From positions 2,580,001-2,612,000 of the forward strand of contig NC_007614.1 in the NCBI RefSeq assembly GCF_000196355.1: a stretch of 32,000 bases of DNA. Direction: 5' to 3'. Source of the stretch: Nitrosospira multiformis ATCC 25196 (GTDB lineage Bacteria; Pseudomonadota; Gammaproteobacteria; Burkholderiales; Nitrosomonadaceae). The notes below the pieces were generated by a model that was not told the origin of the DNA, searched no databases, and saw only the letters and a list, made by a program, of their open reading frames with translations. Of this stretch, positions 23,604 to 32,000 are shown in pieces. The translations under genes and the position numbers were made by a program. Position 1 is the first letter of the stretch, and every line of letters begins with the position of its first letter.

Positions 23604-25013
23604 ATGGCGGTAGCCGATGTTCTGAAAATGATTCAGGACAACGAAGTCAGATTCGTTGATCTACGATTTACCGATACCCGCGGTAAAGAACAGCATGTAA
23701 CCCTGCCCGCTCACGCCGTCGATGCGGACAAACTGGAGGACGGTCATACATTCGATGGCTCTTCCATCGCCGGCTGGAAGGGCGTGCAGGCGTCGGATAT
23801 GCTCCTGATACCGGATACCGGTACTGCCCGGATGGATCCGTTCATGGACGAGGCCACCTTGTTCATCACCTGCGATGTGGTGGAGCCTGCGGATGGGAAG
23901 GGTTACGACCGGGATCCCCGTTCCCTGGCAAAACGCGGCGAAGCCTACCTCAAGTCGACCGGGATCGGCGATACCGCGTTTTTTGGTCCGGAGCCTGAAT
24001 TCTTCATTTTTGATTCCGTAACCTGGCACGCCGACATGTCCGGCTGTTCCGTAAAAATCGAGTCGGAAGAAGCAGCCTGGAGTTCGGGAGTAAAATATGA
24101 GGGTGGCAATATCGGGCATCGTCCTGGTATCAAAGGGGGCTATTCCCCGGTTCCCCCGATCGATTCCTTGCACGACATCCGGTCGGCGATGTGTCTTGCA
24201 CTTGAGGAAATGGGTATCGAAGTTGAAGTGCACCACCACGAAACGGCGACTGCCGGCCAGTGTGAAATAGGCACCAAGTACAGCAGCCTGGTGAAGCGTG
24301 CCGACTGGACGCAGGTATTCAAATACGTGGTGCACAACATTGCCCGCTCGTATGGAAAAACCGCCACCTTCATGCCAAAACCCATTGTAGGTGACAATGG
24401 CTCCGGGATGCATGTGCACCAGTCGATCTGGAAAGGCGGACGAAACCTGTTTTCCGGAAACGGGTATGCCGGGCTTTCGGAAATGGCAATGTATTATATT
24501 GGCGGAATCATCAACCATGCCAAGGCATTGAATGCCATTACCAACCCGGGGACCAACTCGTACAAGCGCCTCGTTCCAGGCTTTGAAGCACCCATCAATC
24601 TTGCATATTCCGTAAGTAACCGTTCGGCCGCTATCCGCATTCCTTATGCCAACAACCCCAAAGGCCGCCGGATCGAGGTGCGCTTCCCCGACCCTACCGC
24701 GAACCCTTACCTTGCATTTACTGCCATGCTGATGGCGGGGCTGGATGGAATCCAGAACAAGAGTCACCCGGGCGATCCGATGGACAAGAATCTCTACGAC
24801 CTTCCACCCGAGGAGGCTGCCAGAATTCCCAATCCTTGCGCTTCCCTGGATGAAGCACTGGACAGCCTGGATAAGGATCGTAATTTCCTCACTCGCGGCG
24901 GGGTGTTTTCGAATGATATGATAGATGCCTACATCGAACTCAAGATGGAAGAAGTTACGCGCTTCCGGATGACGACGCACCCGGTCGAATTCGATATGTA
25001 CTACAGCTTGTGA
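23604..25013 (+). CDS. glnA: Glutamine synthetase, type I
   Basis: [36 protein letters not shown]...[14 protein letters not shown]...[19 protein letters not shown]...[17 protein letters not shown]...[10 protein letters not shown]. Confidence 0.97.
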   Translation: MAVADVLKMIQDNEVRFVDLRFTDTRGKEQHVTLPAHAVDADKLEDGHTFDGSSIAGWKGVQASDMLLIPDTGTARMDPFMDEATLFITCDVVEPADGKGYDRDPRSLAKRGEAYLKSTGIGDTAFFGPEPEFFIFDSVTWHADMSGCSVKIESEEAAWSSGVKYEGGNIGHRPGIKGGYSPVPPIDSLHDIRSAMCLALEEMGIEVEVHHHETATAGQCEIGTKYSSLVKRADWTQVFKYVVHNIARSYGKTATFMPKPIVGDNGSGMHVHQSIWKGGRNLFSGNGYAGLSEMAMYYIGGIINHAKALNAITNPGTNSYKRLVPGFEAPINLAYSVSNRSAAIRIPYANNPKGRRIEVRFPDPTANPYLAFTAMLMAGLDGIQNKSHPGDPMDKNLYDLPPEEAARIPNPCASLDEALDSLDKDRNFLTRGGVFSNDMIDAYIELKMEEVTRFRMTTHPVEFDMYYSL

Positions 25014-25072
25014 GCACTGTTTCTCACGCTCGGACCGCTCATGCTGTTTCATTGATCAGGACATAATATCCG

Positions 25073-25738
25073 ATGAAAATTCTTTTTGTTACATTGCTCG
25101 CGCTGCCAATGCTCATGCTTGCCGGGTGTGGTCAGAAAACAGCGAAGGACGCGGAGAAACCGGGTGGGCAGCAGGCGCAACTGCCGGATGAGTTTACTTC
25201 CGAGAAGCAAATGCCATCAGTGCTGGAAGAAAGCCTCAGCCCGGAAGAGAAGTCTGCAATATTGAAAGAAATCATGCCGGCCGGGTCTGAGAGCGATTCC
25301 ACACCCGAGGAAAAATTCCTGCAGTTGAAAAAAGACGCGGAGGCTGGCGATCCCAAAGCCCAGACCGGCCTCGGCGTTATGTACTATACGGGTGAAGCGA
25401 TATCCAAGGATGCTTCGGGCAAAATCCTGAGTAATGACCCCGCTACCGCCGCCGCCTGGTTTCATCGCGCAGCTGAGCAGGGCTATGCGGATGCGCAATT
25501 CAACCTGGGGTTGCTGTATGCGAACGGCGAGGGGGTTCCTAAAGATTCCGTCAAGGCGTTCGGGCTGTTTCAAAAAGCGGCTGAACAGGGCAATGTTGAC
25601 GCGCAAAATAACGTGGGGGTGATGTATTATTCGGGTGAAGGCGTGCCTAGAGACGAAGCCAAGGCGAAAGAATGGTTCAAGAAAGCCGCGGCCCAGGGTA
25701 ATGCCGATGCCCAGGCAAACCTGGATGTAATGAAATAA
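25073..25738 (+). CDS. Sel1/TPR-like repeat lipoprotein
   Basis: Lipobox LMLAGCG; repeats A(x)TGLGVMYYTGE, ADAQFNLGLLYANGEGVPKD, VDAQNNVGVMYYSGEGVPRDEAKAKEWFKKAAAQGNADAQANL. Confidence 0.9.
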   Translation: MKILFVTLLALPMLMLAGCGQKTAKDAEKPGGQQAQLPDEFTSEKQMPSVLEESLSPEEKSAILKEIMPAGSESDSTPEEKFLQLKKDAEAGDPKAQTGLGVMYYTGEAISKDASGKILSNDPATAAAWFHRAAEQGYADAQFNLGLLYANGEGVPKDSVKAFGLFQKAAEQGNVDAQNNVGVMYYSGEGVPRDEAKAKEWFKKAAAQGNADAQANLDVMK

Positions 25739-25962
25739 GAGCTTGGCTGTTTGTTTTGAAAATCGGGCATCTCCGTAATGCAAGGGCCGTATTACGGTGT
25801 GTTACCACAGAGGGTGGTTATTCGTCATTATATCGGCATATTCGGTCAACCTTCGATAGCTCTGAGAGTTTCACTCCACAAGGACATAAGCAGATTCCTG
25901 TCCGGCTAGGTTGCTGTATTCCATCCTCTCACCCTCAAATCCTTACCATATAAAGGGAGTTG

Positions 25963-27225
25963 GTGACACCTTCAACAATTCAGATAATCAGCGCAGCGCT
26001 ATTCGTGGTTGCACTCCTGCATACGTTTTCCACCAGATTTTTTGAGCGATTGGCAAACGCACGTCCCGCCCACGCGGGGATATGGCATTTATTGGGTGAA
26101 GTAGAAGTCGTGTTCGGCTTCTGGGCCATGATTCTCATACTGTTCATGTTTGCGGTGGAAGGTCGTGACAGCGCAATCCATTACCTGGATTCGCGTAACT
26201 TTACGGAACCCATGTTCGTCTTTGCGATCATGGTCGTCGCTGGAACAAAGCCGATCCTCCAGCTTGCCATGCTCTCGGTACGCGCCGTGGCGCAATTCAT
26301 TCCGCTGTCACGCGCGATCGTTTTCTACTTTACGACGCTTTCCCTCGTTCCACTGCTCGGTTCCTTCATCACCGAACCGGCGGCCATGACGCTGGCTGCC
26401 CTGATTCTTCGGGACAATTACTTCTCGCGCGGAATTTCGCCCAAGCTTAAATATACTACGCTCGGGGTTCTGTTCGTCAATGTCTCCATCGGGGGCACCT
26501 TGACCTCCTTCGCTGCCCCTCCCGTGCTCATGGTGGCGGGGAAATGGGGATGGGACATCTGGTTCATGATATCCACGTTCGGTTGGAAAGCAGCTATCGT
26601 CGTGATAGTGAATGCGGCGAGCGCCACGTTGCTATTTCGCCGCGAATTGTCCCAAGGCGGGCTCGGGCAGAATTTATCTGATCGTGGAGAGAAAGCGCCA
26701 GGTCTTCTTGTAGCTGTGCACCTCATCTTCCTGATCGGAATAGTGACGTTTGCTCACCATCCTGCCGTCTTTATGGGACTTTTCCTGTTTTTTCTTGGCA
26801 TCGCCCATGCATATCAAAAATATCAGAACCGGTTTATCCTGCGGGAGGGTTTGCTGGTGGCATTTTTCCTGGCCGGTCTGGTAGTGCTGGGCGGACAGCA
26901 GCAGTGGTGGTTGCAGCCGCTGTTGCTGGGAATGAGCAGCGAGGCAGTATTCTATGGCGCTACGCTGCTGACCGCAATAACGGATAATGCGGCCCTTACC
27001 TATCTTGGCTCGCTTGTAGAGGGGCTCTCAGATTCCTTCAAATATGCGCTGGTTGCAGGCGCGGTTACAGGGGGGGGACTCACGATCATCGCGAATGCGC
27101 CCAATCCTGCGGGAGTCGCCATTCTGCGTGATAATTTCGAGGACGGGACCATTCACCCGTTAGGTCTGCTGACAGCCGCAATACCCCCGACTATCGTGGC
27201 TCTCTTGGCATTCCGCTTGCTCTAG
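25963..27225 (+). CDS. Putative Na+/H+ antiporter (polytopic membrane protein)
   Basis: ~420 aa, many hydrophobic helices, VEGRDSAIHYLDSRNFTEPMFVFAIMVVAGTKP...GSFITEPAAMTLAALILRDNYFSRG...TALTDNAALTYLGS-like segment (TAITDNAALTYLGSLVEG). TTG 25960 or GTG 25963 start after AAAGGGAG. Confidence 0.75.
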   Translation: MTPSTIQIISAALFVVALLHTFSTRFFERLANARPAHAGIWHLLGEVEVVFGFWAMILILFMFAVEGRDSAIHYLDSRNFTEPMFVFAIMVVAGTKPILQLAMLSVRAVAQFIPLSRAIVFYFTTLSLVPLLGSFITEPAAMTLAALILRDNYFSRGISPKLKYTTLGVLFVNVSIGGTLTSFAAPPVLMVAGKWGWDIWFMISTFGWKAAIVVIVNAASATLLFRRELSQGGLGQNLSDRGEKAPGLLVAVHLIFLIGIVTFAHHPAVFMGLFLFFLGIAHAYQKYQNRFILREGLLVAFFLAGLVVLGGQQQWWLQPLLLGMSSEAVFYGATLLTAITDNAALTYLGSLVEGLSDSFKYALVAGAVTGGGLTIIANAPNPAGVAILRDNFEDGTIHPLGLLTAAIPPTIVALLAFRLL

Positions 27226-27264
27226 GGTCTGTTGACGTTTTGATCTAAGGTTTGTCATTAGGAA

Positions 27265-27312
27265 GAAAACTCGTATTGTTAAAGCTCTCATACAGTAACA
27301 ACACGAGTTTTC
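27265..27312 (+). repeat. Imperfect inverted repeat (hairpin) just upstream of the transposase start
   Basis: GAAAACTCGTATTGTTA (27265-27281) vs TAACAACACGAGTTTTC (27296-27312), 16 of 17 positions complementary, 14-nt loop. Confidence 0.85.
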
Positions 27313-27321
27313 GATGCCCCG

Positions 27322-27630
27322 ATGCTCAGTGACGAGCATTGGTCGAAGCTGCATAAGATTCTGCTGCAGAAGACCATCTACGACAAGCCTGATCTGCGCA
27401 TGACCGTCGAGGCCATGCTCTACCGGATACGCACAGGCTGTCCCTGGCGAGATCTGCCGCAGGCGTTTGGCTGCTGGAACAGAATTTACAAGCGCTTCAA
27501 TGCCTGGTCTACCGCGGGCAAGTGGATCGAGATTTTCAAGGCGCTTGTGGTCGAACCTGACCTGGAGTGGGCTTTTATCGATGGCAGTTATGCCAAGGCA
27601 CACCAGCATAGCTCGGCCGCCTCACGGGAT
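27322..27630 (+). pseudogene. IS5-family transposase, N-terminal fragment (3' part replaced by RHS sequence)
   Basis: MLSDEHWSKLHKILLQKTIYDKPDLRMTVEAMLYRIRTGCPWRDLPQAFGCWNRIYKRFNAWSTAGKWIEIFKAL...LEWAFIDGSYAKAHQHS; family similarity ends around 27630 although the ORF stays open to 27789. Confidence 0.85.
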
Positions 27631-29138
27631 GATGGATCCTTCCGGAACAACGGTCTGGAGCTACGATACCCAGGGCCGGATTATTGGAAAAACCCAGGTT
27701 GTGGATGGTGCCAGCCTGGTTACCAGTTACGTTTACGATGGCGATGGCCGGCTCGCCAGCCTCACCTACCCTTCGGGGGAAGTCATTAATTACAGCTGGT
27801 CCAATGGCCAGCTGACGGGCATTTTCCGGGGAACCTCCCTAATTGCTTCTGGAATCACCTGTCACCCGTTCGGGCCGGTCAAATCCTGGACGCTCGATAA
27901 CGGGCAGAACATCGTCCGCAACTTCGACCTCGATGGGCGCATCACAAGCTACAGCCTTGGATCGCTTGCCTACGATGCGGCCTCCCGCATCACCGGCATA
28001 TCCCGGGGCGGCATCAGTATCCTCGGCAACAGCAAGACTTACGGCTATGATGCCACGGATCGGCTGATTTCCTTTAGCGATGGAACCTCGGCCGAGACCT
28101 ATGCTTATGATGCGTCCGGCAATCGGACTGGCCAGACCATCAACGGCATGGCCTACACCTACTCCGTGAGTTATGCCAGCAACCGCCTGGATGCGATGGC
28201 CGGTCCGGGAAGTTCCCTGCACTACAGCTATGATGCCAACGGCAGCTTGGTCAATGACGGCCAGAGGAGCTTTGGCTACGATGCCAGTGGACGCCTGAGT
28301 GAGGCGGTCGGCCTCGCAAGCTACAGTTTCAACGGACTGGGCCAGCGGGTCAAGAAAAATGCCGGTACGGTTATCATGTTTGTCTTTGACGAGGGCGGAC
28401 AGTTGATCGGAGAATACGGCGCAGCAGGCAATCCCATCCAGGAAACCGTCTGGCTGGACGACGTTCCCCTGGCTGTCCTCAGGTACGGCACCACCTACTA
28501 CATCCATACCGATCACCTCAACACCCCCCCGGCAGATTCATGATGCCATCGGGCAAGCAGTGTGGGTATAGGACATGGGACCTTTCGGCGCCAATCCGCC
28601 GAACCAGAACCCCTCAGGACTGGGAACGTTCAGCTACAATCTGAGATACCCCGGCCAGTATCATGATGCCGAAACTGGCCTGTACTACAACTACTTCCGG
28701 GATTACGATCCGAAGACGGGGCGCTATATCCAGAGTGATCCGATTGGGTTGGTGGGCGGGATTAATACCTACGCATATGTTGAAGGCAATCCGGTCAGCA
28801 AGGTTGACTCGACAGGTGAGTTTGCGATTGCGATACCCGCCACTCCAGCGGTTATCGAAGCAATTTCTTACGTTGGAAGTGCAGCGGCAGCGGCGTATGC
28901 TGCGCATAAAGTTACTCAACAATGTGATGATGATAATGATCGGTGCAATAAGGCAAAGAGCGATGCTCAAAGACGTTATCAAAAGTTGGTGAATAAACGC
29001 ATTCCTCAGTACTTATCGGGTGGAACCAAGGGCCCTGATGAAAATTACTACGATTCGATACTTCAGCTTCAAGATGGGCTGAAGGACGCAATACGACGTG
29101 TACGGCTTTACTGCAAACCTCTGCCGCCTGATCTCTAA
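27630..29138 (+). pseudogene. RHS/YD-repeat protein fragment with C-terminal core and variable tip; 5' truncated, frameshifted, internal amber
   Basis: YD repeats (VWSYDTQGRIIGK, YVYDGDGRLASLTYPSGE, YGYDATDRLISFSDG, YAYDASGNRTGQ, YSYDANGSLVNDGQRSFGYDASGRL), [63 protein letters not shown]. Frame changes at the C-tract 28524-28530; TAG at 28569-28571. Confidence 0.92.
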
Positions 29139-29596
29139 CTTCTCAAGGCACCAATATTTCGAGCCTTCACCCCCACTTTAATCCTGCGCCAAGTTATACC
29201 GGGCCTGTCATCCAGGATTTTTGCACGTGTGAAATGGATAACTGTTCTTCCAACTACTGCTCAAGCTATCTGAAACAACGCTGCAACAAATCTGATCAAT
29301 TTCATTAGATTGAGCTGAAACAGAGGTTTAAGAGACTTATCCACAACCTATCCCGGGTCTATCCCCGGTAACAGGGGAAAACGGCATGGTGTCATGGTCG
29401 GCTTCCCAGAAAACTCATCATTGGCGGAATTGACTGGCAGACTCCATGAATCCGGCAAGATTGCTTCGGCGGCGTGCGATGGACCTTGCGGCCTGCTGGA
29501 AGTGAAACTGAGCTGACGTCATCCCCAAAAACTGTAGCAGTTCTAAATTAGAGTAAAGTCGCCTTCTGGCTCCCTTATTGAAGGAGTATGAAGCGA

Positions 29597-29760
29597 TGAA
29601 GAAATCCCGATTCACCGAGGTTCAAGTAGCGTATGCGTTGCGGCAGGCAGAGGCGATCTGGGCGCAAGCGAGGTCAGGCGATTGCGCCAGCTTGAGGAAG
29701 AGAATGCAAGGTTGAAACGGGTGGTGGCTGATCTGACCCTGCATGATCCGCTGGCTACCA
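29597..29760 (+). pseudogene. IS3-family transposase orfA remnant with internal deletions
   Basis: MKKSRFTEVQVAYALRQAEA in one frame, then (R)QLEEENARLKRVVADLTL in another. Both are hallmark orfA segments, but the middle (HTH) part is missing. Confidence 0.7.
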
Positions 29761-29866
29761 ATGTAAAACGTCAACAGACCCTAGGGAACCGCTGAACAAA
29801 TCCCTTGCAAGCCCCGTCCCGTGGGGTTGCAGCAAAATCGAGCCTGGCCGATTTCGAACCGTATCT

Positions 29867-30169
29867 TCAATAACCTTCCGGGACAGATGCTTCGTTCTGC
29901 TTCAAGGCGCGCAAGCCGTCATTTTCGACACGTAACGCTTCGACCTCCTTATGCAGTCTTCCTATCGCCATATGTTCGCGCAACATGGTCGGCAGCGTAA
30001 CGAGCGCTCCTATGAGCGCCCCCAGACCGAAGCAGACTGCGATCACAACGGCAAGCGATGCATCTGCACGCCAAAGCAAGAATATGACGCTTACCTCAAC
30101 AGCGTTCTGAACCGCAAACGTGACAATGAGGAAAACGATGACGAGTGCTGCAATCAATTGCAATTGCAT
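29867..30169 (-). CDS. LapA-domain (DUF1049-type) membrane protein
   Basis: MQLQLIAALVIVFLIVTFAVQNAVEVSVIFLLWRADASLAVVIAVCFGLGALIGALVTLPTMLREHMAIGRLHKEVEALR. Start moved from 30244. Confidence 0.8.
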   Translation of the reverse strand: MQLQLIAALVIVFLIVTFAVQNAVEVSVIFLLWRADASLAVVIAVCFGLGALIGALVTLPTMLREHMAIGRLHKEVEALRVENDGLRALKQNEASVPEGY

Positions 30170-30415
30170 AACAACTCCTTTCCGGACACCCGTACCCGAA
30201 TCGGGGAAAACTCCTTCGCCCCCGCAAGAAGCACGATATATCAAATACGAACGTGGAAGACCTGGCGGGCGATACCTGCTGGTTCCGGTTGTAAAAGGTG
30301 ATGGAAAGAGAGCGTCCGAAGACTGGTCCGAACGCGATTCCGTACACTTGAATCAGCAAAAGGATGATTGAACAAAAGTGGCGCTATCCTCACGGCAAGC
30401 AGGCCACTTCACTCG

Positions 30416-31252
30416 CTAACCGCGTATTTTACGGGTGAACCCGGTTTCCAGCCATTTCTTGATACGATTGGCATCGCCAATCCGGGAATTCTTTCCCCAG
30501 GAATCGAGCAGCACGATTATGGTCGGCTTGCCTGTGATATTTGCATGCATCACCAGACAGCGCCCCGCCTCGCTGAGAAACCCTGTTTTGGATATCCCGA
30601 TATCCCAACTGCTGCTCCTTACCAACCTGTTGGAATTGACGTAATTCAGGTTGCGGCTGCGTACCTTCCCCATGGATGCCACCTCGTGGGCAGCGGTCGT
30701 GGAAAATACGCGGATGAGGCGGTACCCGTGTGCCGCCTTGACCATCTTTGCCAGATCGCGGGCGGTGGAGACATTACCGCTGTTCAAGCCGGTCGAGTCA
30801 ACGAAATAGGTGCTGCCCATTCCCAACTGGAATGCCTTGCGGTTCATGGCTGCAACAAACGCATTCAGGCCGCCGGGATAGGTACGTCCCAGCGCTGCAG
30901 CAGCGCGATTCTCCGAAGACATCAAGGCCAGCCGCAACAATTCTCCGCGGGTGAACTTCGTTCCTACCCTCAGGCGGGAACGGGTATACTTGATGACATC
31001 GACATCAGCCGAGTCGATGACTATTTCCTGGTTCAGCGGCAGTTTTGCATCGAGCACAACCATTGCGGTCATGAGTTTGGTAATCGAAGCAATCGGCATG
31101 ACACTGTCTGCGTTCTTGTGGAAAAGAACCTGTCCCCGCTGTGGATCCACAACCAGCGCCGAGTTGGACCGGAGAGACAAGTCGGCCGGTTTTGCAAAAG
31201 CGCCTCCCATAAACGCAAGCGTGGCACAAACTACCAATATGGCGTTCTTCAT
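30416..31252 (-). CDS. pbpG: D-alanyl-D-alanine endopeptidase, PBP7-type (peptidase S11)
   Basis: Signal peptide; SITK (SxxK), SEN and KTG motifs: MPIASITKLMTAMVVLDA...LMSSENRAAAALGRTYPGG...GISKTGFLSEAGRCLVM. Confidence 0.92.
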   Translation of the reverse strand: MKNAILVVCATLAFMGGAFAKPADLSLRSNSALVVDPQRGQVLFHKNADSVMPIASITKLMTAMVVLDAKLPLNQEIVIDSADVDVIKYTRSRLRVGTKFTRGELLRLALMSSENRAAAALGRTYPGGLNAFVAAMNRKAFQLGMGSTYFVDSTGLNSGNVSTARDLAKMVKAAHGYRLIRVFSTTAAHEVASMGKVRSRNLNYVNSNRLVRSSSWDIGISKTGFLSEAGRCLVMHANITGKPTIIVLLDSWGKNSRIGDANRIKKWLETGFTRKIRG

Positions 31253-31422
31253 TTGTCATTATCCAATGGAGTTGTCCGCCCTCCCTGCGGACTGGGCCTA
31301 CCGCCGATAAAGTACCAAATATCACGAGCTAGGGAAAGAGCTATGTTCAGGGGGGCGCACACGGAGAGAATTTTTCTAGGAGGAAAGCAAATGAGAATGG
31401 AGACTCGGTGAGGGACGGGGAC

Positions 31423-32000
31423 TTACTGCTCGGCGCAAATGCCGTTGCTCATTGACAGACGGTAGCCACCCATGAGCACTTTGGATGCGCCCTCGAGCGG
31501 CAAAGGCTGGGAAAAATAGTAGCCCTGCATTTCGTCGCATCCGTGCCTTATCAGAAACTCCAGTTGCGCCCTTGTTTCGACGCCTTCAGCCACTACTTTC
31601 AACCCGAGGCTGTGCGCGAGCTTGATCATGGCTACGGTAATGGTTGCATCGTCGGGATCCGTCGTGACATCGCGGATGAAAGCACGGTCGATCTTGAGTA
31701 CATCCAGAGGAAAGCGCTTGAGATAGGCAAGACTGGAATAGCCGGTACCAAAATCGTCCATCGATATCTGGACACCGAAGGCTTTCAGATTCTGCAAGGC
31801 GTTGGCGGCCATCTCGGCCTCCTTCATCAATACTGACTCCGTAAGCTCGAATTCCAGCAGACGCGGATCGATGTTCGTAGCCCTCAGCGTTTCCCCGATA
31901 ATGCTATCCAGATCCTGTTGCTGAAACTGCCGGGCTGACAGATTGATGGCGATGGGATGCAACACCAGCCCCTGGCCCTGCCATTCCCTGATCTGCTCAC
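31423..32000 (-). CDS. EAL-domain (cyclic-di-GMP phosphodiesterase) protein, C-terminal part, truncated by window end
   Basis: PIAINLSARQFQQQDL...LEFELTESVLM...FGVQISMDDFGTGYSSLAYLKRFPLDVLKIDRAFI...VVAEGVETRAQLEFLIRHGCDEMQGYYFSQPLP. The frame remains open through 32000 upstream of the listed ORF start. Confidence 0.92.
   Translation of the reverse strand, partial: EQIREWQGQGLVLHPIAINLSARQFQQQDLDSIIGETLRATNIDPRLLEFELTESVLMKEAEMAANALQNLKAFGVQISMDDFGTGYSSLAYLKRFPLDVLKIDRAFIRDVTTDPDDATITVAMIKLAHSLGLKVVAEGVETRAQLEFLIRHGCDEMQGYYFSQPLPLEGASKVLMGGYRLSMSNGICAEQ

Larger units (their letters stand above)
27222..29784. mobile_element. Degenerate island bounded by inverted copies of an IS5-family-like terminus
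   Basis: Left CTAGGGTCTGTTGACGTTTT (27222-27241) and right AAAACGTCAACAGACCCTAG (29765-29784) are perfect 20-nt inverted repeats, including CTAG or TA as candidate target duplication. Interior: IS5-like transposase 5' part, RHS remnant, IS3-like orfA remnant. Confidence 0.75.

Noticed and set aside
23661-25052. 463-aa ORF antisense to glnA
   Set aside because: Shadow ORF covering nearly exactly the conserved glnA gene, with low-complexity composition and no recognisable motif.
27839-28516. 225-aa ORF antisense to the RHS fragment
   Set aside because: The repetitive RHS sequence produces an apparent Val/Ala/Gly-rich reverse frame. No immunity-protein features were found.
28524-28530. C7 tract as a phase-variable switch of an active RHS toxin
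   Set aside because: Even with the frame restored, an in-frame TAG follows at 28569 and the 5' end of the gene is missing, so decay is the simpler explanation.

Overview
The window is mostly an ordinary betaproteobacterial housekeeping region. The gene content (HpnA-like epimerase, copper operon, c-type cytochromes) is compatible with a Nitrosospira/Nitrosomonas-type ammonia oxidiser, but that taxonomic placement is inference. In order, I read: a truncated PfkB-family sugar kinase (-), ubiE (-), DUF971 (-), DUF1269-like (-), class III alcohol dehydrogenase and S-formylglutathione hydrolase (+), prfB with its programmed +1 frameshift (+), lysS (+), copA-copZ-csoR behind a CsoR-like operator (+), two overlapping multiheme c-type cytochromes (+), hpnA-like (-), a membrane MutS-family ATPase (-), a TolC-family OMP and a Pcm-like methyltransferase (-), thiC under a TPP riboswitch (+), uppP (+), rhodanese (-), glnA (+), Sel1-repeat lipoprotein (+), putative Na+/H+ antiporter (+), an IS-bounded island with a decayed RHS fragment, LapA-like (-), a PBP7-type D,D-endopeptidase (-) and a truncated EAL-domain protein (-). 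The best items for follow-up are: (a) the thiC TPP riboswitch, with an extra ~48-nt hairpin inserted between P2 and P4 and a perfect 8-bp hairpin sequestering the Shine-Dalgarno; (b) a 2.56-kb island bounded by perfect inverted copies of an IS5-like terminus, containing a transposase 5' fragment fused to an RHS fragment with one C7-tract frameshift and one amber codon; (c) the membrane-spanning MutS-like ATPase; and (d) the translationally coupled cytochrome pair just downstream of the copper operon. I found no CRISPR array, no tRNA/rRNA gene and no convincing new defence system.
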